From assembly GCA_030704615.1 (NCBI GenBank), contig CM060731.1, positions 54,932,001 through 54,996,000 of the forward strand: 64,000 nt of DNA, in the 5' to 3' direction. The number at the start of each line of letters is the position of its first letter. Position 1 is the first letter of the stretch. The notes beneath the pieces were generated by a model. That model worked only from the letters and a program-made list of their open reading frames with translations, did not search any database and had not been told where the DNA came from. Shown here piece by piece: positions 13,111-23,810 of this stretch. Origin of the DNA: Takakia lepidozioides. Taxonomy: Eukaryota > Plantae > Bryophyta. Both the position numbers and the translations under genes were made by a program.

Positions 13111-13558
13111 ATGGGGGCTGCTATTTCATGAGCCATGAGCCATGAGCAGAGTCGTAAGTGTAAAAAAAACATGAGCAGGACTATTTTCCAGAAATGAGTG
13201 TCCGCGGGAATAGGGTTGAGGGTGTCACGGTCATAGGGGGAGAAGGACCTCCCGATGAAGGAGGTTCGACAATGTTTTTTAGAATTACATATTGAAAGGC
13301 AATGTTTCGCGAATGGTAGGGTGGTACTGCTCTGTAGAATGAGGGCCCATTTCAGCCTACCAGCCACTTGCAAAATCCACCCACACTCCCAATCCCAAAC
13401 GAAATAAGGAATGATGCATTATGGGAACGATGGATACAGAATAGAACAAAAAGAGGGCACAATGGGGTTTTTATTGATCCACATGAATTGCATTTGAAGC
13501 ACGTCTATTGTGTTGATTGTGCAAACAAATCTTTAGCCCTGTGCCTTCTGAATACAAG

Positions 13559-14272
13559 TCACGTTGTCAATGGGACTTCGACTGCTCTGAGAACTAGCTC
13601 ATGAGTCATCGGGCTCCTCCAGGTAAACTGGATTGCAGCCGTTGTATCGCCCCTGTTGATGTTCACCACAATGTCGTGCCCTTCAATCATACCACCATCA
13701 AATATGGAAAGCTTCACGTTTTCGTCGTCCACACCAATGCGAATGTCCCCATACAATTGAGAAGAGGAGCGCACTCCTTCAGGAGTATACGTCTCTCCGA
13801 TGGAGTCCACCCACGTCCACTGGCAGCAGTTCCACCGCAATAGCATAGCAGTGCGCATTCTTCTGCATGGGTGCCCGTCGTAGCTGGGAAAATCGGAATC
13901 AAGGATGCGCAGGAGCCACGGACTCCTCAGACCAAGATCGTCACCCCGCTCGAAGGCATAGTGGCGTGGGATATACTCAAAAGCGGATAATGTTTCCACA
14001 TTCGAACCAGTATCTTCTGTGTAAACTGTGTACCAGATAACGATGTCTCCCGATGTGGCCGAATACATTGCATAATCGAAGCCTCCATAAGGGCAGTCGT
14101 CCCGGTTCCAGAAGTACGGCATCCTTGCAAAGTAGGGCCTGAGGACGTCTTTGATGCCGATGACAATGACCTTGCGGACAGCAACAAAGCCCTTAGATTT
14201 TCGAAATGATGAGAAGCGGAAGAGAAGTGCGGGCTCCAATAATGGAGCATCTGGGTCCCACGTACCCACCAA
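13559..14272 (-). CDS. Hypothetical protein, unknown family A (paralog A1)
   Basis: 237-aa ORF sharing DYAM..SGDI..W, PW.L.I.D.D.P, RWNCCQWT, DGGMI.GHDIVV and ELVLRA.EVP with the divergent partner; an upstream ATG near 14330 is separated by an in-frame TGA. Confidence 0.55.
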   Translation of the reverse strand: MVGTWDPDAPLLEPALLFRFSSFRKSKGFVAVRKVIVIGIKDVLRPYFARMPYFWNRDDCPYGGFDYAMYSATSGDIVIWYTVYTEDTGSNVETLSAFEYIPRHYAFERGDDLGLRSPWLLRILDSDFPSYDGHPCRRMRTAMLLRWNCCQWTWVDSIGETYTPEGVRSSSQLYGDIRIGVDDENVKLSIFDGGMIEGHDIVVNINRGDTTAAIQFTWRSPMTHELVLRAVEVPLTT

Positions 14273-14648
14273 TCATCGTGTGACGTGTTCATCACGCCAG
14301 CGGTGGATGAACCGATACCTCTTTCTCATCCACGGGGTATAGTTTGAAATCTGCCACCGAAGTCCATCCCCCGGATGGAAATTCGGCGCCGTATTTACAT
14401 CGAAGGGGGGATGGACTTCGTCGTCTTGAGTGGCTATAGGCCCACCTGGCACTTACTGCCCATAGTTTGCATGGCAGGGAAGGAAACTGAAACGGCTACA
14501 TTCATGGAGCAGCCAATCTTCATCCGTGCAGGTTCCTGTAGGGGGGAAATTTAAATGTGCCCTGGAGTGTTAGTGAGGAATTGCAGCGTTTGCTTGAACT
14601 TCTTCTAGCCACCGCGCTGCTGCCTCCTCCATCCGGGAGCTGCTGTCA

Positions 14649-15256
14649 TTGAGCGTACTCCGCTACTCTTTTTCAAGGATGTCGTGCCGCCGAAATCCTG
14701 CTGACTGCCCTTATCATGGCCACGATTATGCTATGTTCAAACCAGAATCAGGAGACATCATTGTCTGGCTCTCTGTTTTCACTGACGCTTCTGGAATCAA
14801 GCGGGAGTCTTTGCGCGCAATGGAGTATTTGGAGGGCTATTACCGCTTTGAGCAAGGTGAGGGCGAGGGTCAATGCGGTCCGTGGGTCCTGAAATTGTTG
14901 ACCTCGATATACCAAGCTGGAATGGAATGCCGGACAGATCACGCACGGCCTCGCTTTGGCGCTGGAACTGCTACCAGTGGACCAGGGAGGACGGCACCGG
15001 GGAAAACTATATTCGTGGAGTTCACTCCGATCTTCCAATGTATGGAGACATTCGGCTGAGTTGCGAAGACGAATCGCACGGGCACATGAGGCCCACAATG
15101 ACCTTGTCAATGTATGATGGTGGTATCATTGATGGGCATGACATTGTCGTCAGCTCCACCAAGGGCACCAGAACGACGGCATTGCAGTTTATCTCGAGGT
15201 GTCGCATCAGTAATGAGCTTGTTTTGAGGGCTATCAAAGTTCCGTCGACTTGGTGA
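14649..15256 (+). pseudogene. Hypothetical protein, family A (paralog A2), frameshifted
   Basis: ORFs 14649-15059 and 14873-15256 join by a 1-nt deletion near 14893 relative to 17983-18600. Confidence 0.65.
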
Positions 15257-15344
15257 CGCCCATGTAGAAGGAGGAAGGGCTTAGATTTGTCTGGAGTTGC
15301 TAAATGTGAGACACCGTGTTCGAACAATAAAACAACCCATCGTA

Positions 15345-16405
15345 ACTCACTTCTGTGTGCTCTGTTTCATTGTGTTCAAGAACTGCCGTAATTGGGCCAC
15401 TGTTTACACCACACAGCCTCTGTCGTCCAACACCATGCGGGTGAGCCCGAATCCTTTCTTCCAAAAGTCCTCGGAGTACCTGTTCCAAGATGGCAAAGCT
15501 TGCAGTCCTTCCACAGGCTCTCCGTCCGAAATATCCAAGATGATCATATTGCAAGACCACTCTGTGGCTTTTCCTCCCCTCCTGCAATCCTTCCCTGCAC
15601 ACACCTTCTCAAAGAACGAGACCATCTTCAGAAACCCAGGGGTGTTGGAAGGCTCTGCTTCAGTCGCCTTCTTCAGTGCTCTGCCCTTCAGACCCTCCAT
15701 GGTCTTGATGTATGCCAACTTGGCTGCCCGTCCGTCCAGAGCCACCAAGAAACTCTCATTGACACACTGAACTACTGTTTCTGGCTCCAGTTTGGGCCTC
15801 TTCATTTCCACCGGCTCGAAAGGGTGCCCCCCCGGGGGGTTGAAGAGTGCCTTCTTGGCTGAGCCTGTTCTCATCCCTCTCGTGACAACGGTGGGCACAA
15901 GGGATTTCAGCTGCGTTTTGGGGGGTGGGCTGGTTGCAAAGTCTCCATCGTTGTCCTCTTCGTCACCCTCTTCCTGTTCTATCTGTTTCTGTTTCTTCGG
16001 CTTCTTCGGTGTCACAACTGCTGCTCCTTGCTGGTGAGTCCTCTTCTTTGACCCCTTCTGTTGAGCCTGCACAACTGCATCCACCGTCTTCTGTGCCATC
16101 TTAGCTGCCTTTCTGGATTGTTCTAGAGCAGCAGCGTCCTTTGCCGACTCAGGCCCAGCAGGGACACGTCTTTCCATTCTCTTCTCCTCCGCTTTCGCGT
16201 GCAGATCTTTCTCCGATTCATCAACAAGTCCGCCAGACATGTCCAGGTACCACGGGCATCCAACGAGATGTGCGGCATGCCATTTGTTTCTGCATCTCTG
16301 GTAGGTAGACACAGCTTGGTCCCGACACAGTCCAAGCCATGAAAAACGGGGGCTCTTGCGCCAGGGCCCCTGTCTTAAGTAGCACGTATCTCATATACCT
16401 GCAAG
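15345..16405 (-). pseudogene. Exon fragment of a second, diverged ParB-MTase-like paralog
   Basis: WHAAHLVGCPWYLD, VQCVNESFLVAL, TPGFLKMVSFF, NMIILDISDG..PSWN..RMVLDDRGCVV align with WHVEHLVDCPWYVD, VECVNENFLTAL, TPGYTKMMEYF, NMILVD at 9.3-10.2 kb; same splice acceptor position. Confidence 0.75.
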
Positions 16406-16902
16406 ACAGTCAATATGCGTGAGCACAAGGTATGCACTTGGGGGCTGCTATTTCATGAGCCATGAGCCATGAGCGGCATGAGCCCTGAGCAGAGTCGTAA
16501 GTGTCGAAAAAAACATGAGCAGGACTATTTTCCGGAAATGAGTATCCGCGGGAATAAGGTTTAGGGTGTCATGGTCATAGGGGGAGAAGGACCTCCCGAT
16601 GAAGGAGGTTCGACAATGTTTTTTAGAATTACATATTGAAAGGCAATGTTTCGCGAATGGTAGGGTGGTACTGCTCTGTACAATGGGGGCCCATTTCAGC
16701 CTACCAGCCACTTGCAAAATCCACCCACACTCCCAATCCCAAACGAAATGAGGAATGATGCATTCTGGGAACGATGGATACAGAATAGAACAAAAAGAGG
16801 GCACAATGGGGTTTTTATTGATCCACATGAATTGCATTTGAAGCACGTCTATTGTGCTGATTGTGCAAACAAATCTTTAGCCCTGTGCCTTCTGAATACA
16901 AG

Positions 16903-17615
16903 TCACGTTGTCAATGGGACTTCGACTGCTCTGAGAACTAGCTCATGAGTCATCGGGCTCCTCCAGGTAAACTGGATTGCAGCCGTTGTACCGCCCCTGT
17001 TGATGTTCACCACAATGTCGTGCCCTTCAATCATACCACCATCGAATATGGAAAGCTTCACGTTTTCGTCGTCCACACCAATGCAAATGTCCCCATACAA
17101 TGGAGAAGATGAGCGCACTCCTTCAGGAGTATAAGTCTCTCCGATGGAGTCCACCCACGTCCACTGGCAGCAGTTCCACCGCAACAGCATAGCAGTGTGC
17201 ATTCTTCTGCATGGGTGCCCGTTGTAGCTGGGAAAATCGGAATCAAGGATGCGCAGGAGCCACGGACTCCTCAGATCAAGATCGTCACCCCGCTCGAAGG
17301 CGTAGTGGCCTAGGATATACTCAAAAGCAGACAATGTTTCCACATTTGAACCAATATCTTCTGTGTAATCTGTGTACCAGATAACAATGTCTCCCGATGT
17401 GCCGAATACATTGCATAATCGAAGCCTCCATAAGGGCAATCGTCCCGGTTCCGGAAGCACGACATCCTTGCAAAGGAGGACCTGAGGACGTCTTTGATGC
17501 TGATGACAATGACCTTGCGGACAGCAACGAAGCCCTTAGATTTTCGAAATGATGAGAAGCGGAAGAGCAGTGCGGGCTCCAATAATGGAACATCTGGGTC
17601 ACACGTACCCACCAA
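16903..17615 (-). pseudogene. Family A paralog A1, frameshifted copy
   Basis: ORFs 17310-17615 and 16903-17460 join by a 1-nt deletion near 17400 relative to 13559-14272. Confidence 0.65.
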
Positions 17616-17982
17616 TCATCGTGTAACGTGTTCATTACGCCAGCGGTGGATGAACCGATACCTCTTTCTCATCCACGGGGTACAGTTTGAAATCTGCCAC
17701 CGAAGTTCATCCCCCGGATGGAAATTCGGCGCCGCATTTACATCGAAGGGGGGATGGACTTCGTCGTCTCGAGTGGCTATAGGCCCACCTGGCACTTACT
17801 GCCCATAGTTTGCATGGCAGGGAAGGAAACTGAAACGGCTACATTCATAGAGCAGCCAATCTTCATCCGTGCAAGTTCCTGTCGGGGGGAAATTTAAATG
17901 TGCCCTGGAGTGTTTGTGAGGAATTGCAGCGTTTGCTTGAATTTCTTCCAGGCACCGCGCTACTGCCTCCTCCATCCGGGAG

Positions 17983-18600
17983 TTGCTGTCATTGAGCGTA
18001 CTCCGCTACTCTTTTTCAAGGATGTCGTGCCGCCGAAATCCTGCTGACTGCCCTTATCATGGCCACGATTATGCTATGTTCAAACCAGAATCAGGAGACA
18101 TCATTGTCTGGCTCTCTGTTTTCACAGACGCTTCTGGAATCAAGCGGGAGTCTTTGCGTGCAATGGAGTATCTGGAGGGCTATTACCGCTTTGAGCGAGG
18201 TGAGGGCGAGGGTCAATGCGGTCCATGGGTCCTAAAAATTGTTGACCTCGATATACCAAGGTGGAATGGGATGCCGGACAGATCACGCACGGCCTCACTT
18301 TGGCGCTGGAACTGCTGCCAGTGGACCAGGGAGGACGGCACCGGGGAAAACTATATTCGTGGAGTTCACTCCGCTTTTCCAGTGTATGAAGACATTCGAC
18401 TGAGTTGCAAAGACGAATCGCACGGGCACAGGAGGCCCACAGTGACCTTGTCAATGTATGATGGTGGTATGATTGATGGGCATGACATTGTCGTCAGCTC
18501 CACCAAGGGCACCAGATCAACCGCATTGCAGTTTACCTCGAGGTGCCGCATCAGTAATGAGCTTGTTTTGAGGGCTATCGAAGTTCCGTCGACTTGGTGA
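17983..18600 (+). CDS. Hypothetical protein, family A (paralog A2), open copy
   Basis: 205-aa open frame paralogous to 13559-14272; true start uncertain. Confidence 0.55.
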   Translation: MLSLSVLRYSFSRMSCRRNPADCPYHGHDYAMFKPESGDIIVWLSVFTDASGIKRESLRAMEYLEGYYRFERGEGEGQCGPWVLKIVDLDIPRWNGMPDRSRTASLWRWNCCQWTREDGTGENYIRGVHSAFPVYEDIRLSCKDESHGHRRPTVTLSMYDGGMIDGHDIVVSSTKGTRSTALQFTSRCRISNELVLRAIEVPSTW

Positions 18601-18689
18601 CGCCTATGTAGAAGGAGGAAGGGCTTAGATTTGTCTGGAGTTGCTAAATGTGACACACCCTGTTCGATCAATAAAACAACCCATCGTAC

Positions 18690-20607
18690 CTAGCGCAAAG
18701 CAAGTGCCAATGCTTGCACAACTATGTCTGGCATTGCCATCACTACCTGCATCCCAAGAACATCCATCCAGTTACAAAATGCAAGCAGGGAGGGCAAGAG
18801 GCACATATCAGAGGAAGACATGGAGAGGATTTATTGTGCCCAGCTCACCTGCAAGCCTTCATCCACCTTCTCCTCTTTGGGGGACATTTCTCCCTCTGAA
18901 GCAGTGCCTACCACACTTGAGTTTTGATTGGACTGGCTTCCATAAAAAGCGACCACCTCAGCAACAGTTCCCCCGTCTTTGAAGCAATCACGTGGCATGC
19001 GTTCAACACGGACCTCTGAGGCAGGCCCTGCAAATTCCATCAAAAGCTACACCCACAAATGCACTTAAGAACATCAACAAACTTCTTCTTACTGCCCTGC
19101 ACAAGCTCCCAAATCCCTTATACACAAAACCACAAAAGAGTAGGAATAATTGCAACAGCAACGCGGTATACCCACCTTTTCAGTTGCTGAAGCCAGAGGT
19201 GTTGCAAGGAGGAGCTCAGCTAGGGAACATGTCAGCAACCGTGCCTCCAGCTCAGTACGCATCACCGTGTCCTTAAAATCTCCATACATAACATCCCCTG
19301 TTGCAGTCTCTACAGCCACAACCCCAAACCGTGTATCAAAACTGCTTGCTTTTCTGTCTCCTTTTAACCCAAATCGCCCCCCCTCTTCAGCAGTAGCCAT
19401 CTCACCCATTCTTCCGGGCAGGCCGACACGTGCCTTGTTAGGGCTCCAGCCATGCAATAATGGTTGTTCTGCAATGCACATGAGATAGGTACTCAAGCGC
19501 CCAACCCTTCCCTGTGTCTCTCCTCCTAGATCTTCAGCAGCCTCAAGGGTTGCCGGGGTGTAGAGGGCCGAGAGATTACGGGTGAAAGGCCCAGTTTTGT
19601 TTGCCCCGTGTGCTTTGATTGCAGCTGTCTCTGTTTGTCTGACAACCCCAACTTTATACCCAGATTCCACAAGGCGCCGCACATGCACATGAAGTTTGAA
19701 AGTGGGAATGCTTGTTGTGAGAAAGTTGTGGTCATAGTGGGCAAAGATGCCCAGCACATGCGCGGCTGTGTCTGCATCACCTCCAAAGAACCGAAACTTA
19801 TAGCCCACTTCAATTAGCAGCACCACATCTGGGTACCTAGATCACCCAATGAAACAGTCTGTCTCAGTATTTGTCCATGGGTCTATTTATTCCATGGTCA
19901 TTCACAAAACTGCAAAGTGGGCCAACAATATGGAACATATATTCTCTCTTTAAAGTAACTGCAAGTTCAAAGGGCAATAAAACACTCCTCAAATATGAAC
20001 TTGGCTAGAGAGTCCCAAAGGAATGTTCTGGCTATTATGAAGAGGGTATGTACCTGGCCTTGAGTTCCACCACTTGCTGCTCAAGAGGGGTGTAAGTAAC
20101 TTTTCCCAAGGACGGCTTTCCATACCAGGCCTCCTGCACCACACCATTCTGGTCGTTGTGGGCCAATAACTTTTCAACGAACTTCTTGTGCCGGACTGGA
20201 TTAGAAGCAGGGACGGAGACCTGATTGATACTCTGAACTGAGGGTTTCTTGCGTACTTTGACTAGGTTGGCAGAAATCTGCAGGGACATATCTGGTTCTC
20301 CTGAAGGACAACCATTGAGGGAGTCAAAAGTATCTCCTCCTGGCTTGTGAAGTCTGGTTTCCAGCTCCTTAGAAGCTTTGTCCAGTACATTACAGTTGCT
20401 GACTCCAGTGTCCACCTCTCTCTGCTCCTTGACTATGTTGTTGAAGTCACATGGATTGGGCTGTGACAATAGCTCGCTATCAGTTTCGAGTTCTTAATAT
20501 CCTCAGTTCCTGTACCCTGAGTAGCTCCATCAGACAGAGGTCTGTTGGAAAGAGTACGTTTCTTGTGACATGGAATAGCTGTTGAATCGACGTCACCCTC
20601 CCTCCCA
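18690..20607 (-). pseudogene. MSH3: MutS homolog 3, 5' fragment, truncated
   Basis: YTPLEQQVVELKAR|YPDVVLLIEVGYKFRFFG, HVRRLVESGYKVGVVRQTETAAIKAHGANKTGPF.R.LSALYT.ATLEAAED, MPDIVVQALAL; spliced exons; breaks at 18690 with no ATPase domain; apparent frameshift near 20470. Confidence 0.9.
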
Positions 20608-21452
20608 CCTGCAGCATACTTGATGGTCAAGATACACAAATTTAATTGTTCATGCTTTCCAAGCATACCCAGGCATACACAGTTAAAAATGTAGTCATTA
20701 TGGAGCAGGACTAGAGTGGTTGCCCCTTCCCTCCGTGCTCCCCCAAGCCATAGTCAGAGATTGAAACACGCCTGCTAAGACCAAGCTGACTCTCCCAAGA
20801 ACGGCGAGCTTGCTTCTCCTCATCTCCTCTCCTCCTCCTCTCCTCCTTCATGCATCATTTGCTCAACGCCTCCATCCCACGCCCCTGCATATCCTGCTAT
20901 CATCGCGTTCCATCCCTCGGCTATGTGGTGTGGCGCAGGAGACAAAAAAACGCCAAGTCCCAGCCCTCCTTTCTGTTCACGATTACCCTAATGGGCAACC
21001 TTATTAGCAACTTTTTAACTTTTTTAAACCTAATGGGCAACCTTATTTGCATTATATGTGCCTTCAAAATGACACGTGTAGTGATGGAAACTGTGAAACC
21101 ATCCTCAGTCATGGAGTCATAAGATTCTATGAAACGTCATCCACGTGTAGTCAAACATATCACACTGGTCATATAAACCATCCCTGTCATCATGGTCAAC
21201 AATTTTTGACCAATGCTCCCTAACTTTCCGGAGTCATGTAGTGATATCCATTACTACAAAGTCATAAAACTATGACTGCAATGCATTTCAGCGCTCTGTA
21301 GTCATCTACCTAGTGCAGTTTTTATGACTCCGCCAAAGCCGTAGTCCTAAAAACGCTCATCTCTTGTAGTGACTCCCTTCTTCCTCCATTGTATCTACCC
21401 GTTGCATAATCCCCAACGTCGCTTGCTCTTCGGGCGTTAGGTGTACAGTATG

Positions 21453-22076
21453 TCAAATCATTTGGAGTAACAAGGGAGTCGCCATAGTAACAGTTGCTTC
21501 CTTCTTCTTCTTTGTCAACCGGATCAGTTCTTGGGTTAACTTCTTCAATAAGAAGCTTGCCCAATTCACGATTTGCCCATTGAGGCAAATCAACACTTGA
21601 TTGATTAGCTCCTTGGTACAGTAGCTGTGGTTTTGCTTGAGGCAAAGCAACGTGCTAAGTACCGGGGCTATCTTCCTAAAGCCGGGGCTTTTGCTGTGGC
21701 TGCATGTGTAGCCCTGATGTGCTTGGTTGAGATTCTCAAACAAATCTGCAAGTACAAACCTTGGAGGTTTGCCGCTGTACGCTGGTACATCCAGACTGTG
21801 AAGGTGAAACACTTCCGCCAAGTACTTCTCCGTCAGCAGGATGTGTGTGTCATGGACATTTGTGCTCCGAGTGCTGGTGTTGTAATTCTCCAAGAACTCC
21901 CTGCACAGCTCGTCATGTTTCAGGTTCCAGTCCAGCGTGGTGATGAAGTATCGCAGGCCAAGACTGTCCAACGTCTCCTGTGTCTCTGTAACCTGTTCAA
22001 TCTTCCGCAATGCCGGGCTGATTTTGAAATTCACTTGCGCATAAGAACTTGGTGCCTTCTGCTTGGTGCCTGCCAT
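21453..22076 (-). CDS. Retrotransposon extra ORF (Athila env-like / plant transposon protein type)
   Basis: LCREFLENY...V....ILLT...LAEVF.L and NGQIVNWASFLLKKL..EL patterns; lies downstream of integrase. Confidence 0.6.
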   Translation of the reverse strand: MAGTKQKAPSSYAQVNFKISPALRKIEQVTETQETLDSLGLRYFITTLDWNLKHDELCREFLENYNTSTRSTNVHDTHILLTEKYLAEVFHLHSLDVPAYSGKPPRFVLADLFENLNQAHQGYTCSHSKSPGFRKIAPVLSTLLCLKQNHSYCTKELINQVLICLNGQIVNWASFLLKKLTQELIRLTKKKKEATVTMATPLLLQMI

Positions 22077-22792
22077 TTCTCTTAGTCTTGCGGTTGCTAT
22101 AAGGAATTGGAGCACCAATTCCCGTATCACAAGGAGTATGAAGCACACTGGAAGTTGTGTATACAGCAATTTCTAGTTTGCGGAAGAGAAGGTGAGGAGT
22201 TCACTTTTGGGTTTAAGTAGGGGTTCTCCTCTAACTTCTCTCGAGGTTGTCGTGGAGGTAATTCTGTCCTGCTGGTTGTCTGAGTTTAAAGTGCAGTTAG
22301 CTTTAATTGCTGGGCCCAGGCTTACCAAGAAGCATTTAGCCTCTGGTAACGGTTTTGAGAAAACTTCATCCCTTTTGTGCTTGATTTTCTTCCGTTGGTT
22401 TTTTCTTCGTGATTTGCTTTGGTTAAAACTGATGGTCGTTGATGATTGTCCAGTTTCCGTCAGTTTATGTTCATCCCTCTGAGCTGTGTTCATCCACTTT
22501 GGTACGTGGTCTGTTTTAGATGGACGGCGTGGGCGCAGTACTTGCAGCTTGGTTTAATGGCTTTGCCCTTATCATCCGCCGTCTTTTGGCAATCCGTTGG
22601 ATTGCGCCGTCGTTCTGCCTCCGTGTTATGATCAAAGGGTAGTGGTGTATGATTACTTTGGTCGGTGGGGTGATCTGGAGCGTACATCTCGGAGTTTAAC
22701 ACAAGCAGTGACTCGTTGGCTGCTTCGTATTCGTTCACGGTTCTGTAGGGCATTTGTGTTGGCCACGGTTCACCATACGGTATACGGGGTGG

Positions 22793-23810
22793 TCATGATG
22801 TCCTCCAGATGAATAGTGGTCTAGCCGTCGTGGTGCCCTGAATTCGTGTTGCCACCTGTCTTAGTACATGTTGATTCACCGTGTCGTGATGAATGTAGTA
22901 GGCATTGGTGGTTTCGCGCTCCTCATCTTCAGTTTGATCTTCCTCGTTGGCGTATAAATCATGTATAAGGGCTTTGTCATGTATTCCCTGGTAGCCTTTT
23001 AACTTGTTAATATTAATTCGTCCCACGAATTCTTGTTCCAAGGTCTACAAATCAACAGTTCCATTGTCATGTACCCTTTTGATTTGAAATGGTCGCATCC
23101 ATGGCATTTTCAATTTTCCGCCCAGTTTGATCTTCTTGATTTTAGGTAACCACAAAACAATGTCCCCATCCTGGAAAGATTTCTCTTTCCCTTCGGATAT
23201 TCTTTTCCTTCGCTGTTCCTGAATCCGTGCCATGTTATCTGCGGCATCTGCTCGAACTTCTTCCAAATGGAATAACTCATATTCCCTGACTCGTAAGGAT
23301 TCTTCTAAACCCCATCGTTCATGAGTTCCGGTTCGTAGTGTGGGTATCATACATTCAATGGGTAATAGTGCCTCTGCTCCATACACCAGTTGAAATGGTG
23401 TATGCTTCGTGGTCACCTTGTATGATGTCCTGAATGCCCATAGTGCTGTGTTCAATTTGGTGTCCCAATCTGTACGATTGGCATTTACTATCTTGGTTAA
23501 GATAGTGCATAATATTTTGTTGGTAGATTCGGCCTGACCGTTTCCTTGAGGATAGTAAGCAGTACTCTTGTGATGTACAATCATGAACTCCTCCGTCAAG
23601 CATTTTATGGCATCATTTATGAAATGTGATCCCTGATCACTGACGAATTCCAGTGGGCAACCAAATCGTGTGATGATGTTTTCATATAAGAATTTGGCTG
23701 TTGATCTGGCAGTGTTGTCTCTTAGTGCCTTGGCCTCTACCCATTTGGTAGTGTAGTCAGTGGCCGTGAGGATGTATTGGTTTTGTGTGTACCTTGCTGG
23801 AGGTTTAATG
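22793..23810 (-). pseudogene. Gypsy integrase core, 5' truncated
   Basis: [72 protein letters not shown]; stop at 23045. Confidence 0.92.

Larger units (their letters stand above)
13111..15344 (+). repeat. Copy 1 of a 2.2-kb direct duplication
   Basis: Starts tgggggctgctatttcatgagcc and ends aaaacaacccatcgta; collinear with 16439-18687. Confidence 0.95.
16439..18687 (+). repeat. Copy 2 of the 2.2-kb direct duplication
   Basis: High nucleotide similarity to 13111-15344 along its whole length. Confidence 0.95.
21050..23810 (-). mobile_element. Non-chromovirus Gypsy 3' fragment (integrase plus extra ORF)
   Basis: Integrase core followed by an additional same-strand ORF; left boundary uncertain and no LTR recognised. 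Confidence 0.8.

Noticed and set aside
13111-18687. The two 2.2-kb units as LTRs or TIR transposons
   Set aside because: No PBS, PPT, TG...CA termini, terminal inverted repeats or TSD were found.
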